The notes under the pieces: model-generated
The model's input: the letters and a program-made list of their open reading frames with translations, nothing else
Told to the model about the DNA's origin: nothing
Databases searched by the model: none
Program-made: the position numbers and the translations under genes
NCBI GenBank assembly: GCA_026389845.1
Contig: JAPLHB010000188.1
Location: 51,026 to 115,025 of the forward strand
DNA from: Chloroflexota bacterium
Lineage (GTDB): Bacteria; Chloroflexota; Anaerolineae; CG2-30-64-16
DNA: 64,000 nucleotides
Direction: 5' to 3'
Shown here: positions 47,882-57,398 of the stretch, piece by piece
Layout: every line of letters begins with the position of its first letter
Position numbering within the stretch: the first letter of the stretch is position 1

Positions 47882-50800
47882 TCACTCTGCGCGGATTGAC
47901 GGCGAGTAGTACGTTGCGGCGTGACCCCAGCGAAGAGTCTCGTACCGAAAGTAGATGCTTCGCTGGAATCCCGCCGTAGCGGACCTTGACTCGTTAACCC
48001 CGCTCAGCATGACAACCTGTTCAGCATAACAACTCACTGCTCCGGTACGAGCGCGAAGTCGAATTCGCCGCTCCACTGGGTCACCGTGGAGACGCCGCGG
48101 GCGTTGGCACCGCGGACGGCGTAAACGTAGTTGACGGCCACGTCGCCGATGCTGCCCGCGGGGCTGATCGCTGCGCCAGACCTGGTAGCCGGTGTTTTCC
48201 GGCAGGTGCGTCCACGTCAGCTTCATCTTGCCCGCTTCGATCAGCGGGAAGAAGGTCGGCGTGACCGGCAGCGGCGGCAGGCGGAGCTTGAGGGCTGGGT
48301 CGCCGAAGAAGATCGAGGTGTCAATCACGTCGTGGAAACCGCTGGCGTGGCTGAAGTAGTAGAGCCGGGCCGCGTCTACGGCCGGGCCGGCCCGGCCGAT
48401 GCGATCCTGGAAGATCGCCTTCACCATCCCTTGGTCCAACGTGGTCAGCGCGCTGCCGATGTGGAACCCGCTCGGCGAGACGTCGGCCACGGACCCGCGG
48501 GCGGCCGTGAGGAGCAGCGTCTCGCCCAGGCTTTGCCAGTTGTTGTCCAGGTTCATGAAGTAGCCGGCGACGCACGAGTAGGCGAAGGTCATGGGCCAGA
48601 CGGTGTTCGCGTTGAGGGTCGGCGGGTCGAAGATGTTGAACATGCTGACCGACCCCCAGCGGACGCGCGAGGCGTGGCCGAACCACTGGAGCATGAAGGC
48701 GCCGCTGTTGAGGGTCGTGGTGATGGCCTTCCGCATGTCCGCGCCCGTGCTGTAGTTGGCCGTGGCGCACGACGACGGGCTGCCGTAGTAGATCGTCTGC
48801 CCATCGTAGCCGGCCGGCAGCCAGTTGAGCCGGATATCCTCGCTGATGGCGTGGAAGTTGCCGGCCCCATCCGCGCAGTTGTCGGCCACGAAGACGACGC
48901 GGCGTTGCCAGTCGCCGGCCGGCGCGGTCGTTTCGTAGGCGATGGTCTTGCTGACGACCGCGGTCACGTCGGCGGCGGTTTGCGCGGGGATACGGCCCAC
49001 GTGCATCTCCGGCAGGTAGTCGCCCGGCCCGTCCACGCTGACGTAGCGGTTGTCGGCCGCGGTCTCCCCCAGCCAGGGGTCCACGTTGACCAGGTAGGGC
49101 GGAATGAGATTGAGCAGCGTCGTGCTGCTGGCGCCGGTGAAGTCGTAGTGCCCGTCGCCGACCAGCAGGACGTATTGCGGCCGCGGGCCGCCGGCGTTCC
49201 AGTTGTGGTAAGCAAAGGAGAGAAAGCTGCGGATCGCCTCCGGGTCGCGGCGGCCGTAGGAGAACTCGTCGTAGACGTCCTGGACGTCCACCTTCGCCAC
49301 TCGCAGGCCCTCGGCCGCGCGGTAGTCGAGGAGCGGCTGAATGGCGTCCCACAGCGAGCGGTGGACGATGGCGATATAGTCGTAGGCATTGCCGGGCGCG
49401 CCCCACGTGGTCGCCGTCTCCGGCTCGATCGCCTGGGGCGCTAACAGCCCCGCATCGGCGCTGAGGGAGTAGGTCGGGTTGGGGAGGTTGGCGTCCCAGA
49501 AGTGGATGGTGTAGGTGATGGCCTGGCCTACCTCTGGAGTCGAGGCTTTAGCCGGTGGTGCATCGGCCGGCGAGAGACCACCTGAAGGCTCGACTCCAGC
49601 TTGCGTTAAGAGGGCTTGCGCCGTCACCGTCGTAAGTTGCACCGGATGGCGGGCGTCGCGCACGTCGAACACCTTCACGGTGTCGGCCGTGAAGCCGCTG
49701 ACCGCTACCTGCGTCGTGCCGGACGCCACCGCCTCGATGTAGAGACGATCACCCGCCGCGCCTGCGGTCGCCGGATAGGTGAGTTCCACCCAATCCGGGT
49801 AGACCAGGTAGCTGGTCGAATCGGGCCGCAACCAGCGCGAGGCCAGCAGCTCGATGACGTTCGGACTCCTGTCCAGCCACGCGGCGGGCACGACGGTCGC
49901 GATCCGATAGTCTATTCCCCCGTCCCACTGGTAAACGCCCACAAGATGATCGTTAAGCTTCACCTGCACGGCCTGAAGATCGGGCGTGCTATCTATCGGA
50001 AGGCCGCCGTGGACGACGGCGCGCAACACCGCTTCGTCGGTCGTCAAGGGGTTGACCAGGGCCAGGGTGTAAGTGATGGTTTTCGACGTCGTGTCGGAGG
50101 CGCCGACGACGAGTGATTTATCGAACCAATGATCGGCTTCTTGGGGCCGGTCGGTGAACGCGCTATAGTAATCTATGTCCCGCTCGACGTGGAGCGTCTG
50201 CGTGATCACCGTGACCGGCAAGGCAGCGTCTTGCGGCGCCGTGCGCGTTGCCATACGCGCGGCGTCCGCGCCGCCCCAGGTGAACCAATAAACGTTTTGC
50301 GTCATGTATCGGCCGACATACGGCTCGGCGTAGAAGATCACCAGGTCACCGGGGTCGAAATGGCTGTCGTCTTCGCCCGTCACCTGGATATCCACCGGCT
50401 GGCCCAGGTAGGACACGGCAAAGGTGGCCGGGGCGGTCGTCGTCACCGGCACGCCGGCCGTCACCAGGTCGGCCCAGGTGAGGCGGTAGAGGCCGCGGGC
50501 GCCGGTGCGGAGGCGGAGCGCGGCGGCCGGTGAGGTTTGGATCGCGAAGCCACGAAGCGCCGCGAAGGGCACGAAGCGCGAAGGTTCATCGTCGCCGCTT
50601 CGCGCTTCGTGTTCTTCGCGCAACTTCGCGTCTTCGTGATCCGAGATTGCCACCGTCACCCGAATATCTGGATAATACCGCAGTGTCCCCGCCACGGGGT
50701 TGTATTGAAACGGGAAGACGCGCAGCGCCAGCAGCCGCCGGCCGCCTTGCCAGGCCACGCGGCCTTCCTGGACAGGCGACGCCGGGTAGAACGCGTCCGC

Positions 50801-51370
50801 CGCGTAGATGGCCGGGTCGGGGCGGTCTACGGTGGGGACGAAGTCTGGCGCATCGGACGCCGTCATTGCGAGGAGCGGGTTTTGCGATTGCGGAGCATCC
50901 CTGTGGGACGAAGCAATCTCTTGCGATGTAGGGGATTGCTTTGGCCCCAACGACGAGCCTCGCAATGACGTGTAATCGGGCACGGGGACGGACGGCAGGG
51001 GCGCGGGCATGGTCAGCGTGATCGCTTCGGCCGCGTCGTAGCTGATCGTCCAGCCGCCCTCGGCCGGTAGCTCGACGATCGTGGCCCAGACGGGCAGGTT
51101 GGGCGCGCCGGGGATGTCGTTACGGCTGTCGCCGGGCACAGCCAGCCCGGCCGCGTCGAGCGTGTAGGCGGGGGTCTGCACGCGGAGGGTGATGGATGGC
51201 CCCCCCCGCCCCCCGACGTCGGGGGGAGTCGGGGCGCTCCCAGGGGTGGCGGAAGACAGGTTTCCTCCAGGGTTGGGGGGTAGGGGGGCACTTGCACCCA
51301 TCGGCGCAGCGCCGACGAGAAGCAACAGCGCCAGTGCGATGGATAAGATGTGCGTGAGTCTCGATGTCAT
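47882..51370 (-). CDS. C25 (gingipain/PorU-like) cysteine peptidase; frameshifted near the C-terminus (ancestral stop at 48034)
   Basis: signal peptide from ATG 51370; propeptide PFQYNP; DVYDEFSYG, YVLLVGDG, GRIPA, WFGHAS (His), AYSC (Cys), FFGDPAL. Confidence 0.85.
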   Translation of the reverse strand: MTSRLTHILSIALALLLLVGAAPMGASAPLPPNPGGNLSSATPGSAPTPPDVGGRGGPSITLRVQTPAYTLDAAGLAVPGDSRNDIPGAPNLPVWATIVELPAEGGWTISYDAAEAITLTMPAPLPSVPVPDYTSLRGSSLGPKQSPTSQEIASSHRDAPQSQNPLLAMTASDAPDFVPTVDRPDPAIYAADAFYPASPVQEGRVAWQGGRRLLALRVFPFQYNPVAGTLRYYPDIRVTVAISDHEDAKLREEHEARSGDDEPSRFVPFAALRGFAIQTSPAAALRLRTGARGLYRLTWADLVTAGVPVTTTAPATFAVSYLGQPVDIQVTGEDDSHFDPGDLVIFYAEPYVGRYMTQNVYWFTWGGADAARMATRTAPQDAALPVTVITQTLHVERDIDYYSAFTDRPQEADHWFDKSLVVGASDTTSKTITYTLALVNPLTTDEAVLRAVVHGGLPIDSTPDLQAVQVKLNDHLVGVYQWDGGIDYRIATVVPAAWLDRSPNVIELLASRWLRPDSTSYLVYPDWVELTYPATAGAAGDRLYIEAVASGTTQVAVSGFTADTVKVFDVRDARHPVQLTTVTAQALLTQAGVEPSGGLSPADAPPAKASTPEVGQAITYTIHFWDANLPNPTYSLSADAGLLAPQAIEPETATTWGAPGNAYDYIAIVHRSLWDAIQPLLDYRAAEGLRVAKVDVQDVYDEFSYGRRDPEAIRSFLSFAYHNWNAGGPRPQYVLLVGDGHYDFTGASSTTLLNLIPPYLVNVDPWLGETAADNRYVSVDGPGDYLPEMHVGRIPAQTAADVTAVVSKTIAYETTAPAGDWQRRVVFVADNCADGAGNFHAISEDIRLNWLPAGYDGQTIYYGSPSSCATANYSTGADMRKAITTTLNSGAFMLQWFGHASRVRWGSVSMFNIFDPPTLNANTVWPMTFAYSCVAGYFMNLDNNWQSLGETLLLTAARGSVADVSPSGFHIGSALTTLDQGMVKAIFQDRIGRAGPAVDAARLYYFSHASGFHDVIDTSIFFGDPALKLRLPPLPVTPTFFPLIEAGKMKLTWTHLPENTGYQVWRSDQPRGQHRRRGRQLRLRRPRCQRPRRLHGDPVERRIRLRARTGAVSCYAEQVVMLSGVNESRSATAGFQRSIYFRYETLRWGHAATYYSPSIRAE

Positions 51371-51464
51371 GATATCAATCCAATGGCAAGACCCTCCCGC
51401 CGGCCCAACATCGCCCCGTGGGAGGGTCTCGTAACTTTCAGTATCCAGCTTCCAGCACTCAGCC

Positions 51465-51631
51465 CTACCGCACCACCGCCGGCAGCCAATACCAGCCAAC
51501 CGGCATCGTGACGCTGACCGTCTCCAGCGCCTCTTCGCTCCCATCCAGCCCCACGGCGGCCACGCGATAGCGGTAGGCGGCCCTGCGCGCCACATCGGCG
51601 TCGTTCCAGCGATAGCCGTAGCCCGACGGGT
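51465..51631 (-). pseudogene. remnant C-terminus of a paralog of the 52101-54824 protein
   Basis: PSGYGYRWNDADVARRAAYRYRVAAVGLDGSEEALETVSVTMPVGWYWLPAVVR*; DNA highly similar to about 52109-52266. Confidence 0.85.
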
Positions 51632-51742
51632 GCTATTCGCGTCGTTATCTTGGTAACCCCAACCCCTTTCGTAACGCTGTCCTAGTCGCTGAGAGATCAG
51701 ACGTGGGGTTTCCTTCAGAGCAATTCGTTCCTGAACCATAAC

Positions 51743-51910
51743 CTACGAAAGCTTCAGCGGCCCCAAGAAACTGCTCAACGGATTCAGCGAATCGCTGCCA
51801 GGCGCGCTGTCCTGTGCGCGCGCTTCCAACGATCGCTCCAGCACAATGGCTGGCTCCTCCCACGGCTGGCGAGACATCTGCTTCTCCGCGACTGTAGTCT
51901 GGTGTTCCAT
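51743..51910 (-). CDS. putative RiPP precursor peptide 2 (55 aa)
   Basis: SD caggagg; MEHQTTVAEKQMSRQPWEEPAIVLERSLEARAQDSAPGSDSLNPLSSFLGPLKLS; paralog of 55141-55317. Confidence 0.75.
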   Translation of the reverse strand: MEHQTTVAEKQMSRQPWEEPAIVLERSLEARAQDSAPGSDSLNPLSSFLGPLKLS

Positions 51911-52100
51911 AGGTGTATTCCTCCTGTTAGCAGGAATGACGGTTGATGAAGATTACGAATGGTGTTACAGGCGGGAGCTATCCTGCTGGCCGTTCACGAG
52001 TTCGTGGGAGATAACAACGAATCGAAGGATCGAGCGAATCGCCCCGCGACGATTCGTTTCATCCTCCGATTCGTTGTTCTATGCGCTGCTGCCGCGCCCG

Positions 52101-54824
52101 TTACTGCGCTACCGCCGGCAGCCAATACCAGCCAACCGGCATCGTGACGCTGACCGTCTCCAGCGCCTCTTCGCTCCCGTCCAGCCCTACGGCGGCCACG
52201 AGATAGCGATAGGTGGCTCCGCGCGCCACGCCGGCGTCGTTCCAGCGATAGCCGTAGCCCGACGGGGAGCCAGGTGCCTGGCTGGGGATCATGGCCGCGT
52301 TGAGCCGCGTCCAGTCGCCGCCTGCGGCATCGGCCCGGTAGACGTGATAACCCTGGCTGGATAGCTCGCTGGTCGTCTCCCACGCCACGACGATGCGGCC
52401 GCCCACGGCCGTCGCGTTCAGGCTGGAGAGCGGTGCGGCAAGGGGCGTGTCGAAGGCGGTGAAGTCGGAGAAGGTGGTTTGGGCGCCGGTGCTGAACTGG
52501 TTGCCGCTGACCGCGCCCAGCGTCTCAAAGGGATACGCGCCAGTCCATTTCTTGCCGCTCATCGCATCAGCGCCGTTCTTGTCGGCGTCCACAAAGGTAA
52601 GCGTGGCGTTATAGCCGGTGATGCTGACGACGGCTACGCCGCTGCCCGGCCAGTAACGGTCAATGTAACTGGTGGCGCTGCCGGGCTTGGAGGGGTGAGC
52701 TACGGTGGTCATGCTCAGCTTTGTGGGCGAGCTGAGCGTCCAGTAACGGTCAATGTAACTGGTGGCGCCGCCGGGCTTGTACGGGTGAACTGCATTGGTC
52801 ACGTTGAGGCAGGCCATGCCGCTGCCCCCGGTCACATTCAGGTCCATCGGCGAGTACTCGGCCGTGCCGGTGATGTCGCCGATGGGAAAGGTGAAGCTGC
52901 CCGTGGTCGCGTAGGTCTTGCACAGCATGCCCGCGCTGTCGTCAGTCACCACCATGGCCGAGGCCGACGGTGTGCCGCCGACGGATGCGGAGGAACTCAG
53001 GGTCAGAGTGTTGGCGCCCAGGATCAGCAAGCCGTTGGTGAGGCGCAGGCGTTGGCTGACGGTCTGCGTCTCGGCCAGCCGTACGGCAGAGTGGCTTGGA
53101 GAATCTGGATGAATCCGCGGAATTTCGTTGTTGACAGTCTGCGCCGCGGCCAGCGATAAGCTGCTGCGCTTGTCAATGGCCAGGTAAGCCCAGTCGGTGG
53201 CGCTGTTGATCGTCTGCACTGAGAATAGGGGGCCATTGAACACCACCTCGCGATCATTGTTGTTGAACGAGCCCGCCAAGTCGAGGGTCCAGTCGCCGCC
53301 GACGTTCAGGTCGCCGCCGCTGGCATCGCCCAGGGACAACGCACCATTGATCGTTACATCGCCGCCCACCGTCAGCGGATTGTTGAGTCCGGGAGCGCCG
53401 TAATCCATGTAGAGCGCCGAACCTGAATCAATCGTCAGACTGCCTGCCATGCTGCGCGCTGCCGTGCTGCCGTTTGGGTAGTTCAGGGTGGTGTTGTTGC
53501 TGATCTGCACGTTGGCGGGATAGCCAGCGCCGCTGGTCGCGCTCCATTCCAAGCCGCGACCGTAGGTGGTGTTGGAATTATACTTCAGCGTGGAGGATGC
53601 CCCATAGATCGGTGGGTTCGTGTTGACATACCCACCCGAGTTGATCTGAAGCGTGCCATTGACGGTAGAAATCGAAGAATCGAAATTGACACCCCCGGCG
53701 ATGGTTACGTGGTTGAAGGTGGTAGCGTTGCCTGAGACTGTGCCGGAACCGGCGAAGCTAACGGTGCCGTCGTTGGCCGTAAAGGCTCCGTTGTTCAGAA
53801 ACATTGACCCTGACTTGAGCGTCAGCGTGCGGGCAGTACTGGCTTCGCTCGTAAGCGTCTTGGATGAATTGATGACTAGATGTCTGACGGCGGCGTCCTT
53901 GTCAAGAGTGACATCATGGGCAATGGTGATCGTCTGATCGTCTGCGGGTACTTCTCCACACGTCCATGTGCCAGCCGTATTCCAATTGCCATCAGCAGCC
54001 GTAGCCCAAGAGGATGCCACTGTGTAAGAGTAGTTGGAGCCGCCATTGTTGTTCAGGTTGATCGTATAGTAGTTTGCGTCGCTTCCAGAAATAGAAGATA
54101 CATCACCTGAAGTGAAGAGGTAATACCACACCGTATTTTCAGCGGTGTTGGTACCACTCGGAATGGAGGCGCTGTAGGAGGTTCCTGAACCCGTCAACTT
54201 GACGACGGTCGAGGTGCTGAAGTTGTCTGTCGAGTAGCGAAGGTATACCGCCTGCCCTGTTGACAAAGAACCGTCCAGCGTGGCATCGACAGTCACCGCT
54301 TCGCCGGGGCAAACCGTGCCCGAAGGCGTGCGCGAGGTCGAGCTAACGCTGCGCACAGTGTCCTGGATCTCGAAGACGATGACTTTCGAGGTGCCAGGCG
54401 CGCCCGAACCCGCCGTCTTGAACACATATTTGTATGATGTGCTGCCCACATTGACGTAGTAGGCCTTGCTTCCACCCCAGCTTTGCAATCCGGTAGATGT
54501 TGCCAACGAGAGTTGGATATCACTTCCGCCGTTCGGTCCGTACTTGGTGCTGCCGGTCGAATTCCAGAAGCGGAAGTATCTGTTGCCGGTAGCCGAGTTG
54601 CTGGTCTCGAACTTGTAGCTTCCCGATCCCGATGGGGTTTCTGTCATAGCCGCGCCACTGTTCCAGCCAGCCTGTCCACTCCAGCCGTCACCACTCTCAA
54701 ATTGGTGGGGTATCTGATCGCCTGTGCCTGCATACACTGGCGCGACCGCGGACAGCCCGGCCAAGACCAGCCCCAAGATCAGCACCGCCATCGCCACGAA
54801 GTTCAAAAAACGAGTCTGTTTCAT
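52101..54824 (-). CDS. large secreted beta-rich (G/S/T/N) protein with C-terminal PLA..L / WYWLPAV domain
   Basis: signal peptide MKQTRF..VYA; SD ggagg; beta-helix-like repeats; C-terminal WETTSE..GYHVYR. Confidence 0.8.
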   Translation of the reverse strand: MKQTRFLNFVAMAVLILGLVLAGLSAVAPVYAGTGDQIPHQFESGDGWSGQAGWNSGAAMTETPSGSGSYKFETSNSATGNRYFRFWNSTGSTKYGPNGGSDIQLSLATSTGLQSWGGSKAYYVNVGSTSYKYVFKTAGSGAPGTSKVIVFEIQDTVRSVSSTSRTPSGTVCPGEAVTVDATLDGSLSTGQAVYLRYSTDNFSTSTVVKLTGSGTSYSASIPSGTNTAENTVWYYLFTSGDVSSISGSDANYYTINLNNNGGSNYSYTVASSWATAADGNWNTAGTWTCGEVPADDQTITIAHDVTLDKDAAVRHLVINSSKTLTSEASTARTLTLKSGSMFLNNGAFTANDGTVSFAGSGTVSGNATTFNHVTIAGGVNFDSSISTVNGTLQINSGGYVNTNPPIYGASSTLKYNSNTTYGRGLEWSATSGAGYPANVQISNNTTLNYPNGSTAARSMAGSLTIDSGSALYMDYGAPGLNNPLTVGGDVTINGALSLGDASGGDLNVGGDWTLDLAGSFNNNDREVVFNGPLFSVQTINSATDWAYLAIDKRSSLSLAAAQTVNNEIPRIHPDSPSHSAVRLAETQTVSQRLRLTNGLLILGANTLTLSSSASVGGTPSASAMVVTDDSAGMLCKTYATTGSFTFPIGDITGTAEYSPMDLNVTGGSGMACLNVTNAVHPYKPGGATSYIDRYWTLSSPTKLSMTTVAHPSKPGSATSYIDRYWPGSGVAVVSITGYNATLTFVDADKNGADAMSGKKWTGAYPFETLGAVSGNQFSTGAQTTFSDFTAFDTPLAAPLSSLNATAVGGRIVVAWETTSELSSQGYHVYRADAAGGDWTRLNAAMIPSQAPGSPSGYGYRWNDAGVARGATYRYLVAAVGLDGSEEALETVSVTMPVGWYWLPAVAQ

Positions 54825-55140
54825 GATTTCCTCCGCATTCGCCGGCTACTCCCGGCAGAGGCTCAGGTCGAAATATTCGTCGAAACCAGGTCCGGCCCAT
54901 CTCATCCGTCTGGCCGGTTGGCAGCAACCCTAATGGACGTTCGTCTTCCAGTCAGTGCCATGGCCGTTCGTGGCGCAGGCTGCCGCAAATGCGCCCTGGG
55001 GCTGCACGATGATCAAAGCCGCGCACACCAGGGCCAAAGCCACGCCGATTTTACCAACTTGAACGACGATTTTATCATGCCTTCCTTGCCGTTGATCGCG
55101 CGATGCAGGATTCCATGCAGCGAACAAAGAACGACGGTGC

Positions 55141-55317
55141 TCACGTGCAAGGGCCGCCGTTCGACGTGCTCAGCGGCCCCAAGAACCCGGCAAGCGGATT
55201 CCGCGAATCGCCGCCGCCCTGGCCGCGCACTTCCAACGATCGTTCCAGCACGATAGCTGGTTCCTCCCACGGCTGGCGGGACTGTGGCTCTGGTTGCGTT
55301 GACGTCTTGTGCTCCAT
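55141..55317 (-). CDS. putative RiPP precursor peptide 1 (58 aa)
   Basis: SD caggagg; MEHKTSTQPEPQSRQPWEEPAIVLERSLEVRGQGGGDSRNPLAGFLGPLSTSNGGPCT; directly downstream of the rSAM gene. Confidence 0.8.
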   Translation of the reverse strand: MEHKTSTQPEPQSRQPWEEPAIVLERSLEVRGQGGGDSRNPLAGFLGPLSTSNGGPCT

Positions 55318-55416
55318 GGCGATTTCCTCCTGATGTGTGATGATGCTGGCGAACGAGTGCGTGAGGATTCCCCCACCAAATGATAAACTGAAATCTGTTA
55401 TAGGCTGCAGAGCGAT

Positions 55417-56583
55417 TTAATCTGCGTGGCTTTCTGTATCACGTGCCCTCAATATCCATGCCTGCACCGGCGTCTCCGGCACGGACATCCCTAAATGCTG
55501 TTCGGCATACCGCGCCTGCGCGTGACGGCAGGCCAACGAGTGGCCGGCATAGGGATCGCCGCGCTCCTTCCACGCCAGCCCCGCACACCGTCCCTCGCAA
55601 TATGCGGCGAGCGGGCAGCCGCGGCAATCGGGCAGGTTGGCAAAGGTGTGCTGGCTGCGCAACTGGCGCAGGATGGGCGCATCGGCCCAGATGTCGGCAA
55701 ATCGCTGGCGGCGCTCACCGACCAGGCGACCGGCCGGAATCCGCAGCTCGTTGCAGGGATACACCACCCCGTAGGGACTGACAAGGCAGGATGCAAGCCC
55801 GACCTGGCACGTGCGCCGGCTGGCAGCGGGCGGCTTGGGGAGAAACGGCGTTCGGTCGGCAAGGAGGACGCCGGTCATCTGGCTGGTCGAGAGCTGGTAG
55901 CGTGCGGCTTTCAGCCTGCCGTCGTCGTTGGGTGAAATCTTGAACGTTTGCTCGTAGTATACACCGAATTCTTGTGCTATGTCAAGCATGGCCTGGCACT
56001 CGGCGAGGTTCAAATCCAATAACAACGTGTTCAGCTTGACCCGTACCCCGCGCTCCTGCAGCAGCCGGACGCCCCGCAGGATGCGGCGCAGCGTATCGCG
56101 GCCGCCCATCACCGCGTCGCTCGTCTCAACCGTCGCGCCCAGCAGGCTGATGTCCACCTGTACGGGGTCGAGATCGGCCACCCGCTCCGCCGCGTCCGGC
56201 GTCAGCAGCGTGCCATTGGTCTTCAGGTCGAGCGCAAAGCCCAGCGCGCGCGCCCGCCCGGCAATCGTGAAGAAATCGCGGCGGGTCAGGATCTCCCCGC
56301 CGGTCAGGGTCAGCCGCAGCGCGCCGGCCGCGGCCAACTGCGCCAGCACGTCCAGGCACTCGGCCGTGGTCAGCTCTGGCTCGGCCCGCGACACGTTGTA
56401 GCACATTACACAGGCCAGGTTGCACCGGTGCGTCAGCTCCCAGAGGATCGTGTAGGGCACGTGCTCGGCTCGGAGGCGACCCAGGAGCGCGTCGTAGGCG
56501 TCCGCAGGGGTGGCACGCTCGCCACACGCGTCGAACTGGGGGGTGGGAGGCTGGAAGCTGGAAGCTGGAAGCTGGTCGGTCAC
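55417..56583 (-). CDS. radical SAM/SPASM domain protein (PqqE/MftC-like)
   Basis: WELTHRCNLACVMC, TGGE, TNG; SPASM C..G...CLVSP.G.VYPC ... C..C.....C.G.C. Confidence 0.93.
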   Translation of the reverse strand: MTDQLPASSFQPPTPQFDACGERATPADAYDALLGRLRAEHVPYTILWELTHRCNLACVMCYNVSRAEPELTTAECLDVLAQLAAAGALRLTLTGGEILTRRDFFTIAGRARALGFALDLKTNGTLLTPDAAERVADLDPVQVDISLLGATVETSDAVMGGRDTLRRILRGVRLLQERGVRVKLNTLLLDLNLAECQAMLDIAQEFGVYYEQTFKISPNDDGRLKAARYQLSTSQMTGVLLADRTPFLPKPPAASRRTCQVGLASCLVSPYGVVYPCNELRIPAGRLVGERRQRFADIWADAPILRQLRSQHTFANLPDCRGCPLAAYCEGRCAGLAWKERGDPYAGHSLACRHAQARYAEQHLGMSVPETPVQAWILRARDTESHAD

Positions 56584-56632
56584 GATACGCTCACGATTGG
56601 ACAGGACGCTGATAAACGCAGATTCTTTCTTG

Positions 56633-56997
56633 GCGGTACCGCAAAGCTCGTTTTGTCACCCCTTCGTGTACTCAGGGCAAGCTCTGAGCGGGTTAGCCCC
56701 GTGAAGTGCGTTGCGGCGAAAATCCAGCGAAGAGCCTGCCCTGAGCGCAGTCGAAGGAGTCTCGTCGCGGGATAAGATTCTTCGCTGGTGTCACGCCGCT
56801 ACGATAGATTAGGGGCAGACCCGCTGCTCAGAAACTTGCAACGCCGGATGCTTCGCTGGATACTTGCCGCAGCAATCGTTGGCTGGTAGGCCCGCTCAGC
56901 ATGACAAGCGCGGGAGTTTCTATCTTCAAGAATGCCGCCGCGCGGCATGGCAGTTCTCAGAATGACAGGCCGTGGGTAGCGAGTTTTCCGCCATTGC
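56633..56997. mobile_element. MITE family A long composite copy with perfect 8-bp TSD
   Basis: ctttcttg on both sides; TIR gcggtaccgcaaagctcg / cgagttttccgccattgc. Confidence 0.85.
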
Positions 56998-57043
56998 CTT
57001 TCTTGGATTTGATCTGCGTCGTTCTGCGTTTATCTGCGTCCCC

Positions 57044-57325
57044 CTATTCCGCCCAGGCCAGCAGCCCCTTGGCGTCCAGCTCGGCCAGGAACGCGGCGAC
57101 GCTGGCCCGGGCGTGGTCGAGATCCACCGCGAACTCGCCGGTCAGGCTGACCGCGATCGCCTCGGCCGTGGCTGTGCCGTCGGCCAGCTCCCAGATGCGC
57201 GAGCCGACGGGGTTGAACAGCCGCACGACGTTCTCGGCCGGGCTGATCACCACCGCCTCGCCGCTGAACGTGCGCGACGCAGTGCGCGGATTGTGCATCG
57301 GTTTCCGAAGATCGAATTGGGTCAT
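57044..57325 (-). CDS. PqqD family protein (RiPP recognition element)
   Basis: GEAVVI, FNPVGSRIWELADG, F.V....A...V..FL.EL...GLL. Confidence 0.9.
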   Translation of the reverse strand: MTQFDLRKPMHNPRTASRTFSGEAVVISPAENVVRLFNPVGSRIWELADGTATAEAIAVSLTGEFAVDLDHARASVAAFLAELDAKGLLAWAE

Positions 57326-57398
57326 GGTCGCTCCCAAGTAGCCACGAATTACACGAATTGACACGAAAAATCATGCTGTAGATGTTCAGATAACCTTC

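Noticed and set aside
51371-51739. N-terminal 123 aa of the 1285-aa ORF 47882..51739
   Set aside because: This stretch reads through a pseudogene remnant in another frame; the signal peptide begins at ATG 51370.
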